Virus record (IMG/VR): IMGVR_UViG_2609459826_000004 | Span: 1-30,566 of that record | Reading direction: 5' to 3' (one strand) | Length of the DNA: 30,566 nt | DNA from: a virus | Taxonomy: Duplodnaviria > Heunggongvirae > Uroviricota > Caudoviricetes | Shown: positions 8,680 to 17,346 of the stretch, in pieces | Numbering within the stretch: position 1 is the stretch's first letter | Layout of the letters: each line of letters starts with the position of its first letter | Program-made: the position numbers and the translations under genes | Notes under the pieces: generated by a model | The model's input: only the letters and a program-made list of their open reading frames with translations | The model's database searches: none | What the model was told of the DNA's origin: nothing

Positions 8680-8745
8680 TTTAGCAAAATGATAAATGTG
8701 CAAATTGCTAAATGATGCTTGCGTAGTATTTAGCATAACGCTAAA
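8680..8745. promoter_or_regulatory. Right operator region (OR-like) with divergent PR/PRM
   Basis: TTTAGCAAAATGATAAA (8680-8696) and TTTAGCATAACGCTAAA (8729-8745; perfect TTTAGC/GCTAAA arms). Candidate PR -35 TTGCGT (8718-8723) and -10 TAAACT (8742-8747) overlap the second site. 116-bp gap between the cI start and the cro start. Confidence 0.6.
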
Positions 8746-8777
8746 CTCCAAATCAAACGACTCACCCGGAGACACCA

Positions 8778-9011
8778 ATGAGCACTGAACTACACCGCTG
8801 GCGCAAGGCCGCCACTACCGACGAATGGGCGCAGCTCGCAAAGTTGGCTAACACGACGCCAGGTTACCTGGACCAGATCGCCTACGGAAATCGCCGGGCA
8901 TCTCCAGAAATGGCATCTGCTATCGAGAAAGGCACGAAGAATTTTCACCGCCAGGCTCCGGTCCTAAAAGAAAGCCTGGTATTCGCATCGCCGCGTGATA
9001 CTGCGGCCTAA
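8778..9011 (+). CDS. cro: Cro-like small HTH regulator
   Basis: 77-aa ORF divergent from the repressor; GGAG RBS 6 nt upstream. HTH-like segment DEWAQLAKLANTTPGYLDQIAYGNRRAS. Confidence 0.65.
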   Translation: MSTELHRWRKAATTDEWAQLAKLANTTPGYLDQIAYGNRRASPEMASAIEKGTKNFHRQAPVLKESLVFASPRDTAA

Positions 9012-9028
9012 CCACGAAAGGGAAAGCA

Positions 9029-9598
9029 ATGCATTCACTTACGTATCACGAGAATAACGGATTCAATGCGAATCCGATGATTTCGATAAATCAAAGCGTT
9101 CCGCGCAATAACAGTAAGCTGACCAGGATCCGCGAAGCTGTTCGCGCCTGGCAGAAGGCAACGCCCGGACAGGCTCAGGTTCACATTTCGCAACTGGTAG
9201 CAAAGGAGTGGCTGGCGCGCGGCGGTCGTGGATTGCTGCTGGCCGGTTCTGAGCACAACACCAAGCAGAACTTCTTCCGGATGATTAAAGACCCGGGACC
9301 TAAGAACGATAAAGGCCTGGTGCTACTGATCCCCGTCATTGTTGATGTGATGGCTCGGGATAACGAGCAGGTGGCCCGTCAGTTCGGTCTGGTGAAAGGC
9401 AAGACGAAAGAGGAGTTGATTGCGGAGGCCATGAAAGAGTGCACTGAAGCGCATCAGGCGAAGTTACTTGGTCAGCCGATACAACGCCTTGAGAAAGAGG
9501 TGAGAGAAGCTGCTGAAGCACTGCTGCGCTTCCTGCCAACTGAATCAATCGCTGCGGTGGTGACAAGTCTGGCCGCCATGGCGCCGGGAGTTATGTGA
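9029..9598 (+). CDS. Hypothetical protein in the cII position (possibly CII/YdaT-like regulator)
   Basis: 189-aa ORF immediately after cro. Function inferred from position only. Confidence 0.45.
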   Translation: MHSLTYHENNGFNANPMISINQSVPRNNSKLTRIREAVRAWQKATPGQAQVHISQLVAKEWLARGGRGLLLAGSEHNTKQNFFRMIKDPGPKNDKGLVLLIPVIVDVMARDNEQVARQFGLVKGKTKEELIAEAMKECTEAHQAKLLGQPIQRLEKEVREAAEALLRFLPTESIAAVVTSLAAMAPGVM

Positions 9599-9839
9599 TG
9601 GGAAGTATCAAAAAGGCGAAAGCCCCTCTGCGCGAACAGAAAGGGCTCTCAGGTGTAAAAGCGGATAGCAATTACGAGGTCAATTCTAATGGCAAAGCGT
9701 AAGAAGTACCAGGAAAAAGAGGAGCGCCGCCACCCGGACTCTCCTGATGGGATTGTGGTTGCAGCATCAAAGAACAGGTCATTTGCCGAACGTTTCGTCG
9801 GCGTGGCTCGTCTCGCACTAATCGCAGCAGGAGTGAAGC

Positions 9840-11000
9840 ATGGGCGTCGTTAGGTTAGCAGATCGGAACGGAGGCGCGTATTCCTCCAGGAGCTCTCGCG
9901 TGGATAACAGGAAGCAGGGCCACTTTGCCTTGTTCAGAAGCGCTCTCACGGCACCGTGGTCAAAGGATACGGCTAAGTTAGCCCTGTGGGTGCGCCTGCT
10001 TGGTGAAGCTCGCTTTAAGCCGGGCAGCGTTGAATTTGCTGGCCGAGAATGGATGCTTGGAGCGGGGCAGTTAGTCACCACCACCGCCATCATGGCAAGA
10101 AAACTTCGCGATCAGGACGGCAATGAGAAGAGTGCAAAAGCCGTTGAGCGAATGCTGAATTTCTTCTGCCGGGAAGGGATGTTAAGCACCAAAGGAACAC
10201 CATTCGGAACCGTGATTACCATCACAAATTACTGTGAATATCAGGGCATTTCAGGCGTCGAAGGTAATGACGAACCACCCGTCGAGCCTAAACCCAGTGC
10301 TGGCGCGGTCTTGAAGCTTGTGCACGTCGAGGGGGGTGACGAACCACCCGTCGAACAGAACAAGAATGGAGTTAACAAGAATAATAAACCCCCCCTTACC
10401 CCCCAGGGGGAAAAATCGCTCGCTCAGGATGTGATGGATTACTTCAACGAGCTGACAGGAAGCCGCTGCGCTGCCTTAGCGCCTTTCGAAAAAGCGCTTA
10501 CCACCGTGAAGAGCAAAGACCAGTGCTACACCGCTGAAGAGCTGAAACTCGTTATCCGCTGGGCCCATGTGAACTGGGGTCACAGCTTCAAGCCAGAGAA
10601 CCTGTGCCGTATGACCCGCTTTGATGGATACCTGTCAGACGCCCTGATATGGGCAGATGGTCATGGCAGCAACCCGAAAGCCTGTCTGCACGAAGAGATC
10701 ATCAAGCTCTGGAATGAAAAATTCCCTTCGAAGGCCGTTTCGCTGCATGAGTGGAACCGCCGCCGTCCGGCCTATCGAGACCTGGAAGCTGTGTGGAACG
10801 GCAAAACCACCCAGGGCAACTGGCGAGAACTGAAGCACATGGGAATGGCCTTCGAGCTGATTAGCAAGTCTTCCCTGTTCGCCACCAGAGGCGATCAGCC
10901 ATGGCTGACACTCGACTGGATCCTGAATCCGAAGAACTGGGGATCTGTCTACGAGCAGGCCATCAACGAGCACCGTGAGCGCAAGGGAGTCAAAGCATGA
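9840..11000 (+). CDS. Replication initiation / replisome-organizer protein (lambda O-like role)
   Basis: 386-aa ORF with AGGAG RBS 9 nt upstream, followed with a 4-nt overlap by the DnaB-like helicase. Contains in-frame iteron-like repeats plus an AT-rich stretch (origin-within-gene arrangement); C-terminal region resembles the conserved phage replication-protein C-terminus. Confidence 0.7.
   Translation: MGVVRLADRNGGAYSSRSSRVDNRKQGHFALFRSALTAPWSKDTAKLALWVRLLGEARFKPGSVEFAGREWMLGAGQLVTTTAIMARKLRDQDGNEKSAKAVERMLNFFCREGMLSTKGTPFGTVITITNYCEYQGISGVEGNDEPPVEPKPSAGAVLKLVHVEGGDEPPVEQNKNGVNKNNKPPLTPQGEKSLAQDVMDYFNELTGSRCAALAPFEKALTTVKSKDQCYTAEELKLVIRWAHVNWGHSFKPENLCRMTRFDGYLSDALIWADGHGSNPKACLHEEIIKLWNEKFPSKAVSLHEWNRRRPAYRDLEAVWNGKTTQGNWRELKHMGMAFELISKSSLFATRGDQPWLTLDWILNPKNWGSVYEQAINEHRERKGVKA
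10256..10354. repeat. Iteron-like direct repeats (candidate replication origin) inside the initiator gene
   Basis: 30-bp units cgtcgaNNNNNNtgacgaaccacccgtcga at 10256-10285 and 10325-10354, with an 18-bp perfect core and 69-bp period. Followed by the AT-rich run 10355-10390. Confidence 0.5.
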
Positions 11001-12370
11001 GCCGTTTTATCGATTTGTACGTTGAGCAGGCCGTCATCGGCGGGATCATGCTCGCAGCGGGCCGCACAGACGGCGTTGACATGGCGACTGACGCGATTGA
11101 GGGGCTGACTGAGGACCACTTCACAGCAACGCCTCACAAGGTGGCTCTGCGGTCCTACAAACGCCTCAACGAGTCCGGGGAGAAGATAGACCTGCTGACG
11201 TTGACCAGCGACCTTGAACGGCTTGGCGCGCTGGAAAGTGCCGGGGGATTCGCTTACCTGGCTGAATGCAGCAAAAACACACCGTCGTTCGCGAACCTTG
11301 CCTCGTACTGCGAAAAGTTGCGGGAAATGCATCTCGGCCGCCGGATGACCCTGGCGCTACAGGTAGGGATCCAGAAGCTGTCCGAACCATCCAGTGAGGG
11401 TATCGCTGACATCATCGGCAACATACAGGCGGATATCTCTGGCATCGAGCACAACACCGACTACGGCACCGAGCACATCACCACCGGGATCGACATGTCC
11501 CTCGAGACTATCCAGTCGATTATCAGCGGCGATATCTGGAAGCACAAAACCGAGCTGGGCATGGCAACCATCGACAGCGCATTCGGCGGGTTCAACAACA
11601 CCGATTTCATCGTTGTCGGCGGGCGCCCTGGCATGGGGAAAACTATGTTCAGCACCACCGTGACCGAGACAGTCGGCCTGAAAAACAAAAAGCCGGTGCT
11701 GTTCTTCAGTCTCGAGATGCCAGTGGAACAAATCTCTGAGCGAGTCGCGTTCCACCGGGCCCGGGTGAGCAAAGAGGATTTACTCAGCAAGCAGAGCGGC
11801 GTGATGGATGGTGCCTGGGGAAAGGTCGGCCACTGCATGAAGGATTTCATCGAAGCCCCGATCTATATCAACGACAAGCCATCCCTCAGCGTTCATCAGG
11901 TGCGAGCGGAAGCCAGGCGAATGAGCAAGAAACTGGGTGGACTTGGTGTGGTCATTGTCGATTACCTCCAGAAGATGCGCATGTCTGACCCTGAGAACAT
12001 GAACCGCAGCGTAGGGGAGATCGCAACCGGCCTGAAAAACCTGGCGAAAGAGTTGCGTTGCCCGGTCATCGCACTGGCTCAGCTTAACCGTAAGGTCGAA
12101 GAACGTGCTAATAAGCGCCCGGTCGCAGCTGACCTCCGCGAGTCCGGTGTTATCGAGCAGGAAGCCGATGTGATTTTCATGATCTACCGGGATGAGAAAT
12201 ACAACCCGAACACAGAACTGAAAGGCATCACCGAAATCATCTGTGTGAAGTCCCGCCATGCGCCGGGGGCAGAAAAGACCTACCACTTCAGCAGCCGCTA
12301 CTCAGGCCTGGACCCGGTAGATTTCACCTACAGCGGCCAGATGCAACAGGAGGCTGACTATGAGTGCTAA
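10997..12370 (+). CDS. dnaB: Replicative DNA helicase, DnaB family (phage-encoded)
   Basis: 457-aa ORF. Walker A GGRPGMGKT, then LFFSLEM, VIVDYLQKM and LAQLNRKVEER...ESGVIEQEADVIFMIYRDE motifs, characteristic of DnaB-type hexameric helicases. ATGA overlap with the upstream initiator gene. Confidence 0.9.
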   Translation: MSRFIDLYVEQAVIGGIMLAAGRTDGVDMATDAIEGLTEDHFTATPHKVALRSYKRLNESGEKIDLLTLTSDLERLGALESAGGFAYLAECSKNTPSFANLASYCEKLREMHLGRRMTLALQVGIQKLSEPSSEGIADIIGNIQADISGIEHNTDYGTEHITTGIDMSLETIQSIISGDIWKHKTELGMATIDSAFGGFNNTDFIVVGGRPGMGKTMFSTTVTETVGLKNKKPVLFFSLEMPVEQISERVAFHRARVSKEDLLSKQSGVMDGAWGKVGHCMKDFIEAPIYINDKPSLSVHQVRAEARRMSKKLGGLGVVIVDYLQKMRMSDPENMNRSVGEIATGLKNLAKELRCPVIALAQLNRKVEERANKRPVAADLRESGVIEQEADVIFMIYRDEKYNPNTELKGITEIICVKSRHAPGAEKTYHFSSRYSGLDPVDFTYSGQMQQEADYEC

Positions 12371-12674
12371 GACGATGAAAGGCAAACAGGCAATTCTGCG
12401 TTATCTCGAAACGCACCGGACCTTCACCGCGAAGGATGTGGCCACAGAGTGCGGCATGACCATCAACTGCATCACGAAGAACGCTATCGATCTGGAGCGG
12501 GCCCGCAAGATTGTCCGGGTGAGCAAGGTCTGGCGAACGGTGACTTATCGCCTGGCTACGCCGGAAGAGCAGGCTGGTACCGCGCGCAGCTGTACCAATG
12601 GAATATTTCAGGAGTGCCGCAACAGTCCGGCGATGAAGCGAGTATTGATGGTTTGGGGGAGGGTAGGGGTATGA
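12360..12674 (+). CDS. Hypothetical protein
   Basis: 104-aa ORF; AGGAGG RBS 7 nt upstream of the ATG; overlaps the dnaB stop. Confidence 0.4.
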   Translation: MSAKTMKGKQAILRYLETHRTFTAKDVATECGMTINCITKNAIDLERARKIVRVSKVWRTVTYRLATPEEQAGTARSCTNGIFQECRNSPAMKRVLMVWGRVGV

Positions 12675-13174
12675 AACAGAAATTTATCGAGTGGTTTACC
12701 AAGAACAACAACGGCTGCTCGCCAGCGATGGAAGACGACAGAAGCTTTGTGTACGAGATGACGCAGCACATGTTCGAAGCGTACCAGGCTGGCGTGGCTG
12801 AAGGTGAAGCCAGATGCGCGGCGCTGGCTGCGGAGAATGCGGGGCTGAAGTCGGTGTGTGAAGACCGTCGCACGTTCATCATGAATGGGGTGCAGCTGGG
12901 TTATATCCAGGTTCCGACAGTGGAAACAGACCCGGCACTTGAAACCATTCGCGTTGCTGTGTCACCACAAGAACCAACCCCTGCTACAGATGCTTTCCTG
13001 GCTGAAGTGCGTGCGCAGGGCCTCAACGCTTTCATCCAGCATCGCAGTGCAGAACTGGATGCGCATATTAAAAACGGTGGTGAGCAGTTCGACGAAAAAT
13101 CAGTACGCATCAGAGACATCATCGTCTCAGCCCGCTTGTTCAGGGAGCAGATTCGCAAGGAGGCCGCCCAATGA
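12671..13174 (+). CDS. Hypothetical phage protein
   Basis: Start taken at the internal ATG 12671 (MKQKFIEWF...), ATGA-coupled to the upstream ORF; 167 aa. Confidence 0.5.
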   Translation: MKQKFIEWFTKNNNGCSPAMEDDRSFVYEMTQHMFEAYQAGVAEGEARCAALAAENAGLKSVCEDRRTFIMNGVQLGYIQVPTVETDPALETIRVAVSPQEPTPATDAFLAEVRAQGLNAFIQHRSAELDAHIKNGGEQFDEKSVRIRDIIVSARLFREQIRKEAAQ

Positions 13175-13533
13175 CCAACATCGACAAATTGAAAGCAGCC
13201 GCGGCTAAAGCGGTCGATAACTTCGACCCGAATATGTTCGTGGAAACTCGCGACGTGCTGGCGCTGCTGGATGAGCTGGAAGCCAAAGACAGAAAAATTC
13301 TCAAGCTGGAAAAGCTGGCAGAGGCTGAATCTGTAGGCGCAGATAAAGCTGCGGCATCTGGTGTTGAATGGATGAAACGATGCCTGGCCGCAGAGAAGCG
13401 CATAGCAGAGCAAAACAAAACTCTTATGGCGTCGCGCAGTTACGTTAAATCACACGCTGCTGGTGATGGTCATGCGTTTGGGGTGCTTCAGGCAATCGAC
13501 CGCGCAGCTGGCATTGGCGTGAAGGGGGAGTGA
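13171..13533 (+). CDS. Hypothetical phage protein (coiled-coil, Ea22-like flavour)
   Basis: 120-aa ORF, ATGA-coupled to the upstream gene. Family name is a tentative recollection. Confidence 0.5.
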   Translation: MTNIDKLKAAAAKAVDNFDPNMFVETRDVLALLDELEAKDRKILKLEKLAEAESVGADKAAASGVEWMKRCLAAEKRIAEQNKTLMASRSYVKSHAAGDGHAFGVLQAIDRAAGIGVKGE

Positions 13534-13534
13534 G

Positions 13535-13753
13535 ATGACAAAAATATTCCGGAAGAATTACCCGCGCCAAAGCCGGGTTAAAGAGGCTCTATTTTTCCTT
13601 CTCTTTCTTATTTTAATGATTCCAATATCACCGATAGTCCTCATCTGGTTAGCAGGAGAACAGGCAGAAAAGATAGCTGAGTGGTATAGCTCCATCGTAT
13701 GGGGGCCATTTAACAAACTGCACAACAAATTAAATCCGTACAGGGAGGACTAA
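13535..13753 (+). CDS. Small membrane protein (one predicted TM helix)
   Basis: 72-aa ORF with hydrophobic stretch LFFLLFLILMIPISPIVLIWLAG; GGGGGAG RBS. Confidence 0.5.
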   Translation: MTKIFRKNYPRQSRVKEALFFLLFLILMIPISPIVLIWLAGEQAEKIAEWYSSIVWGPFNKLHNKLNPYRED

Positions 13754-13756
13754 CCC

Positions 13757-14515
13757 ATGAGCCCTATTACCAAAGAATTCACCAAAGAGCAGTTACAGCA
13801 AATTATCGAAACTGACCACGTTCAATGCGGTGAGGCTTCTTCGCTGGCGCGTATCGCGCTGGCATCGCTCGAAGCGGAGCCTGTGTGCGTAATCGACCAG
13901 TCCAATCTTGATTATCTCAAATCTGGCTCTGATGCAGACGTATGGCCTGCGTTCAGAGTAGAGATGGGTGATGTTCTTCTGTATCGCTCTGCCACGCCAG
14001 CGCCGGTATCTGTGCCCGCTGCGATGGAAATGGATGATGACTTTGACAGCGCGTTTGAACACGGAAAAGCTGTCGGCTGGAACGCCTATCGCGCCGCCAT
14101 GCTTCAGGCCGAACCTGTAAGTAATAGTGATGAGTTACCGCTGGACTATCTGCAAGGACACAAAGACGGCCTGGAGTGGGCTGCACAATTGGCAGAAGCC
14201 AATCATCCGCAAACAGGTGACTGGTTGTACGATGACCCAATCGATCTTGCCAGGGCGATTCGCAAAGGTCCGGATATGCCTACTGTTCAGGGTGGCAACT
14301 CTCCGGTGATTCCTGATGACGTACGCCGCATGGACTGGCTGGTATCGAAAACCGTTGATGTTCGTGAGCCTATGGTTTACGGAAGCCATAGCCTTTTCTG
14401 GTCGCAGACCATCACGGATGAAGAGGATGATTATCACGCGACTAAATTACGCGAGCAAATCGATGCGGCTATGGCAGCTGAGCAGGCAGCAGCACCGCAG
14501 CAGGAGGCCGAATGA
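13757..14515 (+). CDS. Hypothetical phage protein (acidic)
   Basis: 252-aa ORF, tight spacing with flanking genes. Confidence 0.55.
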   Translation: MSPITKEFTKEQLQQIIETDHVQCGEASSLARIALASLEAEPVCVIDQSNLDYLKSGSDADVWPAFRVEMGDVLLYRSATPAPVSVPAAMEMDDDFDSAFEHGKAVGWNAYRAAMLQAEPVSNSDELPLDYLQGHKDGLEWAAQLAEANHPQTGDWLYDDPIDLARAIRKGPDMPTVQGGNSPVIPDDVRRMDWLVSKTVDVREPMVYGSHSLFWSQTITDEEDDYHATKLREQIDAAMAAEQAAAPQQEAE

Positions 14516-14847
14516 ACGATTTCGTTAAGCGAATTCAGCGTCTTGAGGCGGAGCGTGGTAAGACCATCACCACTGAGGTGGAGCTTGTCTCTTACGTCAA
14601 AGAGCGCAGCACTGGAAGCTCTGAGGCTCGTTACTACGTTAAGCACAGCAACCAACAGACGGTGCTTGAGCAGGGAATGGTGATAAACAGAGATGGGTTT
14701 GGTAATCATCAAGCCAGCATCATCATCACTGATTTTCCGGGGCAGAAAACTCCGGAAGACGCGGCGCTCAAACTGGCTGATTGGTTAAAGCGCCTAGGAG
14801 AGTCCATCGAGGCTAATTTCAAAAAGCCAGAGGTGGATGATGCCTAA
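14512..14847 (+). CDS. Hypothetical phage protein
   Basis: 111-aa ORF, ATGA overlap with the upstream gene. Confidence 0.5.
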   Translation: MNDFVKRIQRLEAERGKTITTEVELVSYVKERSTGSSEARYYVKHSNQQTVLEQGMVINRDGFGNHQASIIITDFPGQKTPEDAALKLADWLKRLGESIEANFKKPEVDDA

Positions 14848-15060
14848 CCCATTCGACGCATAACTAAACGTCAAGCAACGTTTGATAAAACACTATCAAC
14901 GAGCCATAATAAATCTGCCAGCGGCCTGAACAACCCTGGCAGACTTCTTCGCATTTAAGGGGACTTAAATGCGACCACAATATGAACTTCTCACCTTGTC
15001 ACAGATGCAGAAATGCACCTGCGATTTTCTGTATTCTGCGTTACCTCTCGGAGGTGGCGT

Positions 15061-15498
15061 ATGAAACAGCCTGTTTTCTACCTCCGCGACGAACGCGTTC
15101 GCGATAACCTCATCGACTACATCAGGAAGCTGCCCGTTAACGACGCTCTGCCGCTCGTGGTGAAGTTTTCTGAGGCTGACCGCACTCTCGCCCAAAACGA
15201 CCTCTTCCACGCTCTCTGTGGCGATACAGCGAAGCAATTGCAATGGGCTGGCAAGTCGCGCGACCTCGCTTCATGGAAAGTCCTGTATGTCTCAGGCCAT
15301 GCCATTGCCACCGGTAAGCCTGGTGAAGTGGTGCCGGGTCTGGAAGGGGAGTTCTGCGCCATCCGGGAAAGCACTGCGAAGATGGGCATCCGTCGCATGA
15401 CCAGTCTCATCGAATACAGCCAGGCATTTGCTGTGCAAAACGGCGTGCAACTCCGTGAAGTTCGCTACTCAGGTGATTACTTCGGGAGGGTTGCGTAA
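15061..15498 (+). CDS. ninB: NinB (Orf-family recombination protein)
   Basis: Start at internal ATG 15061 with GGAGG 6 nt upstream. The segment LAQNDLFHALCGDTAKQLQWAGKSRDLASWKVL parallels lambda NinB (LDQNRKLWACLGDVSRQVEWHGRWLDAESWKCV) as I recall it. Confidence 0.8.
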   Translation: MKQPVFYLRDERVRDNLIDYIRKLPVNDALPLVVKFSEADRTLAQNDLFHALCGDTAKQLQWAGKSRDLASWKVLYVSGHAIATGKPGEVVPGLEGEFCAIRESTAKMGIRRMTSLIEYSQAFAVQNGVQLREVRYSGDYFGRVA

Positions 15499-15668
15499 TG
15501 GCTAGCCCTCTCGCTCGCGTCATCACAAACGAAATCTTCCGCGTTCCGGTGCGCCGCAAGCGTAAGCCAGCGATTAAGCCGTCCGACATTCCGACCCTGA
15601 AAGATTACACCGCCCGCCTGGTGGATCAGAAATGGCTGCGTCTCGCGGCTCGGAGGAATCATGCGTAA
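15498..15668 (+). CDS. Small basic hypothetical protein, 56 aa
   Basis: Below the track cutoff. ATG overlaps the ninB stop (TAATG); GGGAGGG RBS 7 nt upstream; overlaps the ninG start by 8 nt. Confidence 0.4.
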   Translation: MASPLARVITNEIFRVPVRRKRKPAIKPSDIPTLKDYTARLVDQKWLRLAARRNHA

Positions 15669-16299
15669 ACCAACCCGTCGAACCTGCAAGGTCTGCAAAG
15701 AGAAATTCACCGCTACCTTCGACAACGTCTGGTGGTGCTGTCCTGAGCATGGCGCCATCTACGCGCTGGATTTGAGGGCAAAGCAGAAGGTGAAAGAGGC
15801 CGCTAAGCGTATCAGTGAACAGAAAGAGGCAGAGAAGGCAGGGCGAAAACGCCGACAAGAAAAGCGCGAGTCACTAAAGTCTAAATCCCAGTGGGATAAG
15901 GAGGCTCAATCGGCCTTCAACCGCTACATCCGGATCCGGGACGAGGGGAAAGAATGCGTCAGCTGCGGCAATCCGCTCCTCGGCAAATGCAATTACCTCA
16001 CTGGTAGCGCCATTGATGCCAGTCATTACCGTTCGCGCGGAGCTGCATCACACCTCAAATTCAACGTGTTTAACGTCCACTCAGCCTGCACCCGCTGCAA
16101 CCGCCAGTTGAGCGGCAATGCCGTTGAATACCGCATTCACCTGATTGAACGCATTGGCCAGGATCGCGTAGAGCGCCTTGAGGCTGATAACGAGCCGCGC
16201 CGGTTCGATATTCCCTACCTGCAGCGCATCAAATCCATATTCACCCGCAGAGCCCGCGCGCTGGAGAAGCGCCGTGCTCGCCATCAGGAGGCCGCATGA
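15661..16299 (+). CDS. ninG: NinG / Rap (Holliday-junction resolvase-like)
   Basis: 212 aa. N-terminus MRKPTRRTCKVCKEKFTATFDNVWWCCPEHG parallels lambda NinG ([31 protein letters not shown]) as I recall it; also the Cys-rich motif CVSCGNP...HY...CTRCN. Confidence 0.85.
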   Translation: MRKPTRRTCKVCKEKFTATFDNVWWCCPEHGAIYALDLRAKQKVKEAAKRISEQKEAEKAGRKRRQEKRESLKSKSQWDKEAQSAFNRYIRIRDEGKECVSCGNPLLGKCNYLTGSAIDASHYRSRGAASHLKFNVFNVHSACTRCNRQLSGNAVEYRIHLIERIGQDRVERLEADNEPRRFDIPYLQRIKSIFTRRARALEKRRARHQEAA

Positions 16300-16496
16300 A
16301 ATTATTTACTCCAGTTGAGGCGAGAAGATTTGTTGCCAGTACCTGGTACGAAACTACGGATCTTTCAAAAAGAGAAAAGCTTTATGCGAAAGCGCGTGAG
16401 CTGATAAGCGGCGATCGTGCGGAGATTATCTGTCAAACAAATAACCCAGAGTACCGAAAGTCAGCACGTGAATGGTGGAAATATGACCATGGCTGA
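16296..16496 (+). CDS. Hypothetical nin-region protein
   Basis: 66-aa ORF, ATGA-coupled to ninG; AGGAGG RBS. Confidence 0.5.
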   Translation: MKLFTPVEARRFVASTWYETTDLSKREKLYAKARELISGDRAEIICQTNNPEYRKSAREWWKYDHG

Positions 16497-16598
16497 TTTT
16501 GAGCGATACCAAGCAGAAAGCGTTAAGCGCGCCAGCATGCCGCCAATAGTAAAGCACAGCCAGACCAAAACCCACCAGCCACAGAAGGAAGCCGCATA

Positions 16599-17096
16599 AT
16601 GAAACTGGAATTAACCAACGACCAGCATCAATGGGTAGACCAGTGGCTCCAGTTGTGGGGCGCATGGTGCCAGACCGGCAAGATTGATAAAGCGATGATC
16701 AACATGATTGCCAGATTCATGGCTACCGTCGAGCCCCAGCAAGCATCACGGCCGGTATGTAGTGATGATGACGGAATGCTCATTGATGCTGTCATTCGCC
16801 ACTACCTGAAGAATGTGGATGAAAATGCCTGGCGGGTTATCTTCGCCTACTATGTCTGCAACTCCAGCGAGATCCGAATTGCATCATGGCAGCATGCAGT
16901 AAGTAAGCCTCGCCTTATGAAGACGCGTGGCGGCAATCAGTACAAACACCCAAGCATCTCGACAATCCGTAGAGAGGTGAAGCAAATCATCAATGCTTCA
17001 TTGTTCTGTTTATACCAACCGCTTCAAAATGCGTTTAACGATCGCGAAAATGTGAGGAAAATTGCAAATAAATCACACAACGTGCTTGCAATTTAA
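16599..17096 (+). CDS. Q: Late-gene antiterminator Q (Q-type family)
   Basis: 165 aa. Motifs WLQLWGAW...SRPVCSDDDGMLID...FAYYV resemble Q-type antiterminators of lambdoid prophages. Sits immediately upstream of a terminator/tRNA/lysis cluster. Confidence 0.75.
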   Translation: MKLELTNDQHQWVDQWLQLWGAWCQTGKIDKAMINMIARFMATVEPQQASRPVCSDDDGMLIDAVIRHYLKNVDENAWRVIFAYYVCNSSEIRIASWQHAVSKPRLMKTRGGNQYKHPSISTIRREVKQIINASLFCLYQPLQNAFNDRENVRKIANKSHNVLAI

Positions 17097-17161
17097 TGAA
17101 CAAATGAGCAAACTAATTCGTATATGTTGCCATTGTTGTGTGTGACATGAATGAATACCAA

Positions 17162-17190
17162 GCCTCGCCATCGTGCGGGGCTTTTTATTT
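17162..17190 (+). terminator. Intrinsic terminator downstream of Q (tR'-like)
   Basis: Hairpin GCCTCGC / GCGGGGC (7 bp, one G-U pair, loop CATCGT) followed by TTTTTATTT. Confidence 0.55.
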
Positions 17191-17264
17191 GCCTGTAGCT
17201 CAGAGGAAAGAGCAACCGCCTTCTAAGCGGTTGGTCGCTGGTTCGAATCCAGCCAGGCGAGCCA
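17189..17264 (+). tRNA. tRNA-Arg (anticodon UCU)
   Basis: Hand-folded cloverleaf: acceptor TTGCCTG/CAGGCGA, D-arm GCTC/GAGC, anticodon stem ACCGC/GCGGT with loop CTTCTAA (anticodon TCT), 5-nt variable loop, T-arm GCTGG-TTCGAAT-CCAGC, discriminator G and encoded CCA. Closely parallels E. coli argU architecture. Confidence 0.8.
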
Positions 17265-17318
17265 AACCCAGCCAGGGTATTTACGGCCAGAGAGCCGACA
17301 TTGCCTTACCCTCACATT

Positions 17319-17346
17319 GCCAGCCTGTCGCTGGCTTCTTTATTTT
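17319..17346 (+). terminator. Intrinsic terminator downstream of the tRNA
   Basis: Hairpin GCCAGC / GCTGGC (loop CTGTC) followed by TTCTTTATTTT. Confidence 0.5.

Noticed and set aside
7984-8778. 264-aa extended version of the repressor ORF
   Set aside because: The first 39 codons read through the OR operator/promoter region up to the cro start. The HTH domain begins at the internal Met (MENKEIRK), so the start was placed at 8661.
16483-16599. 38-aa ORF between the nin-region protein and Q
   Set aside because: Very short, weak RBS, overlaps the upstream ORF; insufficient evidence to call.
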